Below are positions 24,922 to 34,300 of a DNA stretch of 64,000 bases, one piece after another; within the stretch, counting starts at the first letter, position 1, and every line of letters starts with the position of its first letter. Made by a program: the position numbers and the translations under genes. The DNA is from an uncultured Eubacteriales bacterium (GTDB lineage: Bacteria; Bacillota; Clostridia; Oscillospirales; CAG-272): assembly GCA_959601495.1 (NCBI GenBank), contig CAUGPT010000004.1, positions 14,844 to 78,843 on the forward strand, written 5' to 3'. The notes under the pieces were generated by a model. It was not told where the DNA came from. It did no database searches and was given only the letters and a program-made list of their open reading frames with translations.

Positions 24922-26178
24922 TTGAAAAGATACGGTATGTACTTTTTGATGCAGCTGAGACGCGCGGCAAAAATACTTCCCGCCGTTCTGTGCGTCAATC
25001 TGGTGCTTTGCGCGCTGGCGGGGGCTGCCATCGGCACACTGTCAGGCAGAAATACCGCGGATGACGCAAAAAAGCGGCTGCGCATCGGAATATCGGGGGA
25101 CGCGGGGGACACATATCTCGGCTTCGGCATAAACGCGGTTTCAAAACTCGACTCCTCGCGATATTATGTGGAGTTCGTGCAGCTTGACATAGAGGAGGCC
25201 GCGTCGGAGCTTGACGCTGGCAGGCTGAGCGCGTATGTCGTGATACCGGACGGATTCGTTGACGCCGTGTCGCACGGCGAGATCATGACCGTAAAATACG
25301 TAACGTCCCCGTCCGAGAGCGGGATCGCCGCTATGCTGCGTGAGGAAATTCTCGACGCGGTGACTGTAATGCTGCGCGAATCTCAGCTGGGGGTATACGG
25401 CGCGGCGGACGTCCTGCGTGACACCGAGCCTGAGAGAAGTTTGGGAGAGGTATACGACAAAGCCTTTGTCGAGTACGCCGACTACATACTCAGCCGAGGA
25501 AAAATATGCGCCGTTGAGACGGTCGGCAGTGCCGTGTCGGTGTCTCTTCCGAAGTATATGATATGCGCTCTTGCGCTGTTTTCCGTCTGCCTTGTTTCAA
25601 TGGCGGCTTCGCCGCTTTTTGCGAAGGACAAAACGGATATAAGCGCGTTTCTCATGTCAAAATGGCACGGTGCAGCGCCCATGGTTTTGCCGGAGGCGCT
25701 TGCATATACGCTGCTTATCGCTGCGGTGTCCGCAGTGACATTCGGTGCGGCAGCTGCGGCATTTACCGCCGTGCCGCAAAAGCTCGGCATAAGCCTCGGC
25801 ATCGAAGCGGCGGAAATTTTCAGCTTTGCGGCGCGCCTTCCCTTGTGCATTGCCTCTTTTGCGTTTTGCCAGTTTCTTATATATGAAGTCTCCGACGGCA
25901 TCTCCGGCGGAGTTGCGGCTCAGTTTTTCTGCGCTGCCGCAGGTGCGTATTTCGGCGGGCTCATATATCCCATAAGCTTTTTTCCGGACGCGATGCAAAG
26001 CCTTTCTCATTATATCCCCACGGGAGCTGCAAGAGAGTTTCTTTTGCACGGCACTGCGGGAGGGATGCGCCCCGTGTTTGTTATTCTGATATGGGGACTT
26101 TCGGCGCTTTGCGTATCCGTTTTGCTGCGCCGCCGCAGAATACGCCTCGGCGGAACGCTTTGGAGACGGGGGCGGTGA
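24922..26178 (+). CDS. ABC-2-type transporter permease (N-terminal TM, large loop domain, C-terminal TM bundle)
   Basis: Topology is typical of ABC-2 permeases. TTG 24922 lies 8 nt after GGAGGA and directly after the ATPase stop; the longest ORF starts at 24904. Confidence 0.65.
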   Translation: MKRYGMYFLMQLRRAAKILPAVLCVNLVLCALAGAAIGTLSGRNTADDAKKRLRIGISGDAGDTYLGFGINAVSKLDSSRYYVEFVQLDIEEAASELDAGRLSAYVVIPDGFVDAVSHGEIMTVKYVTSPSESGIAAMLREEILDAVTVMLRESQLGVYGAADVLRDTEPERSLGEVYDKAFVEYADYILSRGKICAVETVGSAVSVSLPKYMICALALFSVCLVSMAASPLFAKDKTDISAFLMSKWHGAAPMVLPEALAYTLLIAAVSAVTFGAAAAAFTAVPQKLGISLGIEAAEIFSFAARLPLCIASFAFCQFLIYEVSDGISGGVAAQFFCAAAGAYFGGLIYPISFFPDAMQSLSHYIPTGAAREFLLHGTAGGMRPVFVILIWGLSALCVSVLLRRRRIRLGGTLWRRGR

Positions 26179-26183
26179 AGGGT

Positions 26184-27584
26184 ATGAAAAGAGTATTCAA
26201 AGAGGCTGCGGCAGCGCTTCGCCGTATGCTTCTCATCAACAAACGGCTTTTGAAAAAGCCCGGATTTATTGCGTTCCTTTGCCTTATCCCGCTGCTTGCG
26301 GGGGCGGCGTCCCATATGGCGCAGCTTGATTCCGGTGTGCTGACGATAGCTCTTGCCTGCGAGGATCCCGACGACGCGACGGCGAATGATATTATAGAAA
26401 GCCTTGAAAAAGGGTCGCAGATGCTGCGCTTTGTGCGCTGCGGGCAGCCGGACAAGGCTAAAGAGCTTGTGTACGGCGGCAGAGCCGACGCTGCGTGGAT
26501 ATTCCACGCTGATATGAGGGCGGCGGTGGACAGATACGTGAGAAACAGAGTTCCGAGCAGCGCCGCCGTTACCGTTATAGAAAGAGAGGAGAGCGCAGCC
26601 CTTGCCCTCACGCGGGAAAAGCTGTGCTCGGCGCTGTATCCCTATGCTTCGTACTCGCTGTATCTTCTGTGCCTTGAGGAGCTCGGCGTCGACACTGACG
26701 CTCTCAGCGAAAAACAGCTGAGAGAGTATTACGCGGGAAGCGATGTGGACGCCGATATGTTTGAGGTCGTGTATCCGGACGGCGAGCGCCTGTCGGCGGG
26801 CGGCGATGAGCGGACAACTGACGGTGACAGTGTCTCCGACGGAGGGGAAAACACTGACACCGGGATACAGGGCGTCAAAGCTGCGGACGGTGAGCAGGGC
26901 GAAGGCAGAGCGGACGGGCAGAGCGGAAAAACCATGGACAAAAATGCCGGAGATAAAGACAGCGCTGGCGGGCATGAGAGCAAAACCGCGGGCAGCGCGG
27001 CAGCATCTTCAGAGGCAGCGCGGGAAAGCTATCTTGTATCTCCCGTTCGCGGCATACTTGCCGCGTGCGTTGTCGCTGCGGGACTCGCCTCTGCAATGTA
27101 CCTCGGCGACGATATGAGCGCGGGGCGCTTTGCATGGCTGGCCAAAAGGCGCAGAGCGTTTGTTCCGGCGGCATACATTTTCGGCGCCGCCATCGATACA
27201 ACGGTCATAATGTGCCTGTCCCTTGCGGTTTTCGGGCTTTCGTCTGGCTTTGCAAGGGAAGTGTCCTGCGGTGCGGCGTTCGCTTTTGCGAGTGCGGCGT
27301 TCTGCATATTTGTAAGGGAGCTTTTGCCGAACAATAAGCTGCTCGCGGCGGCGCTTCCGGTGCTTTCGGCATCGTCTCTCGTACTTTGCCCCGTGTTTCT
27401 GAATTTTACAGCCGTGCGCCCGCTGAGCCTTTGCCTGCCGGGATATTACTATCTTTTGTCTTTCAGAGACATAAAGTATCTGCATTTTATGCTTTTGTAT
27501 GCGGCGGCGGCACTTGCGGCGGCAGCGTCGGTGCACACATTGCGCGCGCTTTTATTGCGCCGGTTAAAAAGCAGGGAATCGTAA
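26184..27584 (+). CDS. Second ABC-2-type permease paralogue with an acidic Gly/Asp/Ser-rich insertion
   Basis: Same architecture as the preceding gene. ATG 26184 is 5 nt after the upstream stop. The insertion reads GGDERTTDGDSVSDGGENTDTG...KDSAGGHESK. Confidence 0.6.
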   Translation: MKRVFKEAAAALRRMLLINKRLLKKPGFIAFLCLIPLLAGAASHMAQLDSGVLTIALACEDPDDATANDIIESLEKGSQMLRFVRCGQPDKAKELVYGGRADAAWIFHADMRAAVDRYVRNRVPSSAAVTVIEREESAALALTREKLCSALYPYASYSLYLLCLEELGVDTDALSEKQLREYYAGSDVDADMFEVVYPDGERLSAGGDERTTDGDSVSDGGENTDTGIQGVKAADGEQGEGRADGQSGKTMDKNAGDKDSAGGHESKTAGSAAASSEAARESYLVSPVRGILAACVVAAGLASAMYLGDDMSAGRFAWLAKRRRAFVPAAYIFGAAIDTTVIMCLSLAVFGLSSGFAREVSCGAAFAFASAAFCIFVRELLPNNKLLAAALPVLSASSLVLCPVFLNFTAVRPLSLCLPGYYYLLSFRDIKYLHFMLLYAAAALAAAASVHTLRALLLRRLKSRES

Positions 27585-27717
27585 GGCGATTTTGCCGCTT
27601 TTTCGGCGGCATATTGCCCGATATTAAATTTATCGCAGCTTTTTTAATAAGCTTAACAAATTATTATTATTTTAAGCGGTGTGTGCGGGATCGGTGCACT
27701 GTAGAATTATAAACCCC

Positions 27718-27846
27718 GCCCCACACAGCGGGACTTTTGCGATCCCGGAGCTGCAAAATCTAACTCACACGGTGAGGCTCAGCGATCGCTGAATCGCAAA
27801 ACCCAACCTACACGGTGAGACTTTGCGAGCCCGGAACCTCAAAAAG
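27718..27846. repeat. Three degenerate tandem copies of a ~43-nt unit in a convergent intergenic region
   Basis: Units at about 27720-27763, 27764-27806 and 27807-27845 share the frame C-ACAC-GGTGAG-CT-GCGA-C-GA-C-CAAAA. They end directly at the bidirectional terminator. Confidence 0.7.
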
Positions 27847-27849
27847 AAG

Positions 27850-27881
27850 CAGCGGGCATGACCGAAAGGTCATGCCCGCTG
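27850..27881. terminator. Bidirectional hairpin terminator between the convergent ABC permease and lipoprotein genes
   Basis: CAGCGGGCATGACC-gaaa-GGTCATGCCCGCTG (14-bp stem). Followed by CTTCTTTTT on the minus strand and AATATTTTC on the plus strand. Confidence 0.7.
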
Positions 27882-27904
27882 AATATTTTCATAAATTGTT
27901 TTTA

Positions 27905-28360
27905 CTATTCAGTATCGGTGTCGATCTGCGCAAAAGCGTCTTGCAGGCCGAGGTTGAGGTTTATATTGCTGTCCGTTTCTGCGCCGTCCAGCACATAGCT
28001 TTTCGGCGAATCTCCCATGAGTGTCAGCTTTGCGTGGTTATGCATAAAGCATATTTCCGTACCGTCGGCCTTGTCAAATGAAATAAAGTTCAATCCGTAA
28101 AGAAGCTCGCCTTTTTCATTCCTGTTGCTCAGGTGCTTATCGGTCTCTTTCAGTTTCAGACTTTTGAGATAACGTATGACAGGTGCCATCTGCTCGCTGC
28201 CTTCTGCAATGCCGGCGACGCAGCGTATACGGACTACATCACTGAAAAACTCATCGGTAAAAAGATCGTTTGCGGCAGCTTCTTCTTTATCGCTTTTTGC
28301 GCAGCTGCAAATGCCGAAAATCAAAACCGATACAAGTAAAAATGCCAATATTCTTTTCAT
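27905..28360 (-). CDS. Lipoprotein of unknown function (151 aa)
   Basis: MKRILAFLLVSVLIFGICSC signal with lipobox, followed by a terminator. The longest ORF (start 28465) would bury the signal peptide. Confidence 0.6.
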   Translation of the reverse strand: MKRILAFLLVSVLIFGICSCAKSDKEEAAANDLFTDEFFSDVVRIRCVAGIAEGSEQMAPVIRYLKSLKLKETDKHLSNRNEKGELLYGLNFISFDKADGTEICFMHNHAKLTLMGDSPKSYVLDGAETDSNINLNLGLQDAFAQIDTDTE

Positions 28361-28504
28361 AGTTCCCGTCCTTTCAAAATGTTTTATTATTTCGGATGCG
28401 TACGGTACCATCGAGATCAGCGCCACCTCCTCTGCTATGCGGCATTGCCGCAGATATCCGTTCACCGTTGAGTGTTTATAAGTTATAAGTGCTTTTTTAA
28501 AATA

Positions 28505-28533
28505 ATCATACTATAAAATATTTGCAATTTCAA
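28505..28533 (-). promoter_or_regulatory. Sigma-A-type promoter upstream of the 151-aa lipoprotein gene
   Basis: On the minus strand: TTGAAA (28533-28528), 17-nt spacer, TATGAT (28510-28505). Confidence 0.45.
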
Positions 28534-28669
28534 CCATGCCGCACGTTTTTTACCTTTAGAATGAAACTTTATTGTGAACATCGGAAAACGCCTGCATTAC
28601 CTTTATATCGCGGCGCGCCCCGCGGACGGGCGCCGCTGTGATGACAGTGTGCATTTTGCCCGAAAACGG

Positions 28670-28698
28670 TTGCAAAAGATATATTTGCGTGGTAAAAT
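28670..28698 (+). promoter_or_regulatory. Sigma-A-type promoter upstream of rnhA
   Basis: TTGCAA (28670-28675), 17-nt spacer, TAAAAT (28693-28698). Confidence 0.45.
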
Positions 28699-28734
28699 AT
28701 AAGTCAGTACCACCCACGGCGGAGGAAATGCATT

Positions 28735-29175
28735 TTGAAAAATGTGGATATATACACGGACGGCTCCTGCAAAATAAATCCCGGTCCCGGCGGCTGGGCG
28801 GCAATTCTCGTGTACGGCAGCGCCGAAAGAGAGATATGCGGCGGAGAGGCGGATACCACCAACAACCGCATGGAGCTTAAAGCGGTCATAAACGCTCTTA
28901 AAATGCTGAAAGAGCCGTGCAGCGTCCGCATTACCACCGATTCGCGGTACGTAGCCGACGGCATCGGAAAGGGCTGGGCGGCGTCATGGAAAAAGCGCGG
29001 CTGGAAAAAGGCGGACAAATCTCCCGCGCTCAACCCCGAACTGTGGGACGAGCTTCTCGGTCTTTGCGAAAAGCACGATGTGAGCTTTGAGTGGGTAAAG
29101 GGGCACGCGGGTCACCCGTACAACGAGCGCTGCGACACCCTTGCTCAGACCGAGGCGGAAAAATACAGAAAATAA
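28735..29175 (+). CDS. rnhA: Ribonuclease HI
   Basis: [29 protein letters not shown] and [13 protein letters not shown] motifs. TTG start 8 nt after GGAGGA. Confidence 0.9.
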   Translation: MKNVDIYTDGSCKINPGPGGWAAILVYGSAEREICGGEADTTNNRMELKAVINALKMLKEPCSVRITTDSRYVADGIGKGWAASWKKRGWKKADKSPALNPELWDELLGLCEKHDVSFEWVKGHAGHPYNERCDTLAQTEAEKYRK

Positions 29176-29213
29176 TTAAAATACCGCGCTGCGGCGCGGC
29201 AAAGGAGAAACCT

Positions 29214-29708
29214 ATGAAAACAAAGATCATTTCGCTTATTCTTGTGTCGGTATTTGCGGCGGCGCTGCTTATGGGCTGCGCTTCTTCCGATGTTGCCGCC
29301 GAGACCGCATGGGTCGACGTAAACTCCGGAAACGTCAGAAAAAGCACCCATTCCGAAACTCAGGCGGAAACCGCGCCCGATACGGACGCCGACGGCAATC
29401 TTCTTCTGACCACCGACGAGAACCGCCTCGTATACCAGACAGAGTACGGCTGCGAGGTGCTCGTGTTCAACGGCACATATGTAAGTAAGATTTATCTTGT
29501 ATATACTTTTGCGAGCGCCGACGATGCCTCGCAGTATCTGAACAGCAATGCCAACGAGATTATGTCGGCAGGAGACGTTATGGATATAAAGCAGCAGGAC
29601 AATATGCTTATTCTCAGTGCTAAAATGGCAGCTCAGAAATATATTAAGTACCTCTCCATGACACGAGAGCAGGTTGAAGAAGAGTTCGCTTCTTTCAAGA
29701 AGCAGTAA
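29214..29708 (+). CDS. Lipoprotein of unknown function (164 aa)
   Basis: MKTKIISLILVSVFAAALLMGC signal with lipobox. AAGGAGA RBS before ATG 29214. The longest ORF (29091) overlaps rnhA. Confidence 0.6.
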   Translation: MKTKIISLILVSVFAAALLMGCASSDVAAETAWVDVNSGNVRKSTHSETQAETAPDTDADGNLLLTTDENRLVYQTEYGCEVLVFNGTYVSKIYLVYTFASADDASQYLNSNANEIMSAGDVMDIKQQDNMLILSAKMAAQKYIKYLSMTREQVEEEFASFKKQ

Positions 29709-29725
29709 TTTCAGAGGAGATATAT

Positions 29726-30937
29726 ATGGGAGAAACCATTTTCGGCGCAGCCGACATACTCCTGCCCCCCTTTGACGACCCCGCAGAATGGAGCGCGTAT
29801 TCGGTTATAGCGTGTGACCAGTTTACAAGCGAGCCGGAGTACTGGGAAAAGGCGGAAAAGCTGAGTGGCACGCTTTCAACGCTTGATATGATCCTGCCCG
29901 AGGCGTACCTCGGTACCAATAAAGAGGCGGCGGCTAAATGGCGCATTGCCGAAAAAATGCCCCTTGCTTTGCAAAAGCTGCATTGCTATAAAAGCAGCAT
30001 GGTGTATGTGGAGAGAGTTCTGCCGGACGGCGGAGTTCGCCGCGGAATTGTAGGCAGTATCGATCTTGAAGAATATGACTATACGCCATCCTCGGCATCC
30101 CCTGTCAGAGCAACGGAGAAAACCGTCGTGGAGAGGATCCCGCCTCGCGTGGAGATACGCCGAGGCGCTCCGATAGAGCTTCCGCACGTCATGGTATTTG
30201 CCGACGACAGAAAAGGTATGCTTATACAGTACCTTTGCGATCGCAGAGAGAGTCTTCGCCGCCTTTACGATTTCGATCTCATGCTCGGCGGCGGACATAT
30301 AACCGCATACCTTGTTGACGGTGAGATACTCAGAGCGCTCCTTTGCAATATTGCGGACTATGAGGCGGAAAAAAGCGGCTCCGTCGTGTACGCAATGGGC
30401 GACGGCAACCACTCGCTCGCAAGCGCAAAAGCATACTGGGAACAGCTGAAGGCGGACGGGGCGGCGCCCGATCATCCCGCGCGCCGCGCGCTTGTTGAAC
30501 TTGTTGACCTCGGCGACGGCGCTATCGCCTTTGAACCTATATACAGGCTTATCACAAACTGCGATACCGAGAAGCTTATATCGGCGCTGCGCGAGAGCGC
30601 CGAAAAACACGGCAGCAAAAAAACTGCCGTCGCTGTGACGGCTGACGGAGAAAGGGAAGTGCCCCTTCCCGATCTTCACCCGCTTGCGATCGGCTGCCTG
30701 CAGCAGTTTCTCGACACCTGCGGTCTTACTTTCGACTGTGACTATATCCACGGCGAGGATACTCTGCGCACTCTCAGCCGCCGTCCCGACGCGGTGGGAT
30801 TTCTGTGCGGCGGTATAGAAAAAAGCGAGCTGTTTGACTATGTGACGCGCCACGGCGTTCTGCCCAGAAAGACATTTTCCATGGGTGAGGCGCGCAGCAA
30901 ACGCTATTATCTAGAGGCAAGAAAGATAACTTTCTGA
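29726..30937 (+). CDS. DUF1015-like protein
   Basis: ~400 aa. The internal MGDGNHSLASAK resembles the DGHHR motif of DUF1015 proteins. Assignment is from memory and moderate. Confidence 0.5.
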   Translation: MGETIFGAADILLPPFDDPAEWSAYSVIACDQFTSEPEYWEKAEKLSGTLSTLDMILPEAYLGTNKEAAAKWRIAEKMPLALQKLHCYKSSMVYVERVLPDGGVRRGIVGSIDLEEYDYTPSSASPVRATEKTVVERIPPRVEIRRGAPIELPHVMVFADDRKGMLIQYLCDRRESLRRLYDFDLMLGGGHITAYLVDGEILRALLCNIADYEAEKSGSVVYAMGDGNHSLASAKAYWEQLKADGAAPDHPARRALVELVDLGDGAIAFEPIYRLITNCDTEKLISALRESAEKHGSKKTAVAVTADGEREVPLPDLHPLAIGCLQQFLDTCGLTFDCDYIHGEDTLRTLSRRPDAVGFLCGGIEKSELFDYVTRHGVLPRKTFSMGEARSKRYYLEARKITF

Positions 30938-31272
30938 AGACGGAATACATAACACATCCGATTATAGGCGGCTGCATAAGGGTTTTAGGCAAATGTGACA
31001 AAGGAACCCTGCGCAGCTGCCTGTTTTGCACTTGCCGAAGCCCGAAACCGGCGACGGATTCGACAAAAAATTACATTTTTATATATATAATAACCAAACA
31101 CGATTTTTTGCGCGCCCGATAGATAAATGCTTTTCGTCATATGATTCGACATAAAAACCGTGCCGAAAAACGCAAAATACTGCATTTTAATATCAAAAAT
31201 GTGAACATATTGTACACGCACTGTGCAATTTGAAAAATTAGGGTAAATTTTTATTTATTTTTTTATAAACTA

Positions 31273-31301
31273 TTGACAATGCGGGGGCAGAAAAGTATAA
31301 T
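31273..31301 (+). promoter_or_regulatory. Consensus sigma-A-type promoter of the 1533-aa surface protein gene
   Basis: TTGACA (31273-31278), 17-nt spacer, TATAAT (31296-31301). Preceded by a ~300-nt AT-rich tract. AGGAGG RBS at 31319-31324. Confidence 0.6.
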
Positions 31302-31331
31302 GTAAGTACCAATATTTTAGGAGGTAAGCTC

Positions 31332-34300
31332 ATGAAAAAATTACTTTCTGTAATTGTAATTGTCACCATGCTTGTGACCGCAATGTGTCCTGCGTTCGCA
31401 ACCATGGCAGCTGACACGATTGACATTTCCGCCGAAAACACATACTTTACAAAGAATGATGACGGAAACGGCGAGTCAACTATGACTGTTTCAGTTACAA
31501 ACAACCCCGGATTTTCCGATCTTACATTTGTGGTGTATTACGATACCACCTATGTAAGCTCCATTGAACCCGATACCGCAAGTTCCGTGTTCGGTGACGA
31601 TTTCATAACTGTAAACGGTGCAAGAAAATCAACTGTTGCAGCTGTGAAGAAGCTTTTCACCGCTGCAGGCCTTGCGACCGGCGCTACGATCTACGCAAGG
31701 CAGATCGACGTTAATTATACTGATGCAAACGGCGAACCGCTGAATACTGCCGAGCTCGGCGAGATTCTGAAGTTTGTCGTAACATCTGCCGGGACTTATG
31801 ATGAGATCCCCAACGAAGCAGTCACTGTCGGCTACTTCGTTGCGTCTGCTTCAAACGTGGGCGGCGATAATCTGGAGTTCAGCGCTCCCGGCACCTGCGC
31901 AATAGAGAAAGACCCCTGGGCTTCTTTCGAGACCGAAAAGACGTATGACAATTTCACACTTGCGGCCGGCGATATGAACGTTTATGCGGGCACTACTACC
32001 GTTGACGTTCCCGTAAGAGTCTACAACAATACTAATGAGTATGGCTTCTTGTCAACGGCACTCACCATTGTTTTCCCGAAAGAGCTTCATCTTGATTCTC
32101 TCATTTTCAACACAAAGGCGCAGTCCGTAAACCCCATTAAGCGTATTAGTGACGATGCACACACCGACTATGCTATTCAGGATCATCTTGATAATTTCAA
32201 TGAACAGTGCCAGGGCGTGTTTGAGCAGAATAACATCGACTGGAGAACCCTGGATGCAAAGTGCGAATACTTTTTGACAGAGCCTACCGAGCCAACTGTC
32301 GAAGGCAGTATGAGAGAAACCAACGCTTTGTTCTACACGCTCAGATTTGTGCTTCCCGAGAACGCAAGACCCGGTACAAAGTATGATATTAAGGTTTACA
32401 CCAGAGTCAGAGACGGCGTTGTCGGATTTGTCGGCGGCGACGGCAACGAAAATATCGTTTCCATGACACACAACCTCGGCAACGGTTCCATTAAGGTCCT
32501 GAGCAAGTCCGCTTGTGACCACTCCGAGACCGAAGAGAAAATCGTAACTCCCGCAACCTGCACATCCGTCGGTACAAAGAATATCGTCTGCAAGCTTTGC
32601 GGCGAGATCATTGATACCGTTGAGATCCCCATGACGGATCATACCTACGTATCATCTGTAACCGAGCCTACCTGTGAAAAGGGCGGCTACACCACATACA
32701 CCTGCTCCGTATGTAACCACAGTTACACCGGCGATGAGACCGATGCTCTCGGACATGTAGCCGGCGAAAAGAAAGTTACCGTCGAGCCTACATACGAAGC
32801 AGAGGGTACATATGAGATCCGCTGCACAAGATGTGACAAGGTTCTCGAGACCGGTTCTATCCCGAAACTTGTAAAGACAACTATTACCGTAGGCGATGCG
32901 GCTACAAAGCCCGGCAACGATATAGTAGTTCCCGTAACTGTTGCAGACAACCCGGGTATGTTCATTACAAGACTTACAGTTAAATACGACGCAACAAAGC
33001 TTACCTTCGTAGAGGCAGTTAACGGCGAAGTATTTGCAGACGCTACAAACGTGCTCTTCACTAAAGTAGAGGACGGCAACCTCACTCTGTATTTCGAGAC
33101 AGCAGACGAGGCCGATACTTCCGTAAACGGCGTTCTTGCAAACCTGAAGTTTACTGTTAACTCCGATGAAAGCATAGTAGGAACAACCGATATTACAGTT
33201 GAGGTTGAGGACGCAGTCAACTATGCAGGCAAGGATCTTGACATCGTTACCGCAAACGGTACCGTAACCATCGCGGCTAACCAGAAGATCACTGCCGAGA
33301 GCCGTGAAGTTGAAATCAACAAGACTGTTGAAGTTCCCGTTGCAATCGCTGCAAACGAGGGCGTTTGGGCACTCCGTCTTGAGGTTGCATATAATGCGGA
33401 TCTCATAACTCTTGAGTCCATCAAGTCCGGACTGCTCTCGCTCGAAGAGGGCGTGAACTACAGCGTAAAAGACGGTGTCATCACTATCTTCAAGGACGCT
33501 GACGATCTTGCTAACATTGAAGCTGACGGCACACTCTTTACCCTCGTATTCAAGGCAGGCGCCGCGACCGGCGAGTCTGCTGTCGGTATTACAGTGCTTA
33601 ATGCAATTAATAACAAGGGCGAGGACCTCTCCATTAAGATATTCAACGGTGCCGTAAAGGTTATCCCCTGCACGCACTCTGAATACAAGACCGAAGTAAC
33701 CAAGGCTCCTACAGTTGAGGAAGAGGGCGTTCTGTCCTACATCTGCACCAACTGCGGCGAGACCTTCAAGACCGAGCCTATCGCACGTCTTGCAGGACTT
33801 ACTATCGGTAAGGTTACTGCCAATGCAGGCGGCGCAGTCGCAGTTCCCGTAACTGTTTCTTCCAACCCCGGCACATACTCCATCAGAATGGAATACAGAT
33901 ATGATGCCGAAGCTCTTACGTTCGTAAACGTAACCGGCGGTATCTTCACTGCTGACGAGTTCAGCGCTTCCGTACATGACGGCGTTGTTACAGTATATGT
34001 AGAGGCTGACACGGTTGCCAACATAACCGATGACGGCGTTGCATTTACCCTCAACTTCACCGCAGCAAGCACTGCTGAGGGCACATACGAGGTTGCCGGT
34101 ACTCTCCTTCAGGACAGCACTCTTAACGTAGACGGCGATGAGATCGCTTACACTGTTGTAAACGGCGAAGTTGCAATCACCAATAACTTCGTAGCAAGAA
34201 TAGGCGATAACTATTACACCGACCTTAAGACCGCATTCAATGCAGCAGTTGACGGCGACACTGTAGTTATCACCAAGAACTTCAGCTACGGCGTTGACGA

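Noticed and set aside
28361-28465. An N-terminal extension of the 151-aa lipoprotein gene to the longest ORF start (28465) or to GTG/ATG starts near GAGGAGG at about 28420.
   Set aside because: Any extension would place 17-35 extra residues in front of a textbook lipoprotein signal peptide (MKRILAFLLVSVLIFGICSC). The GTG overlaps the putative RBS. ATG 28360 is retained.
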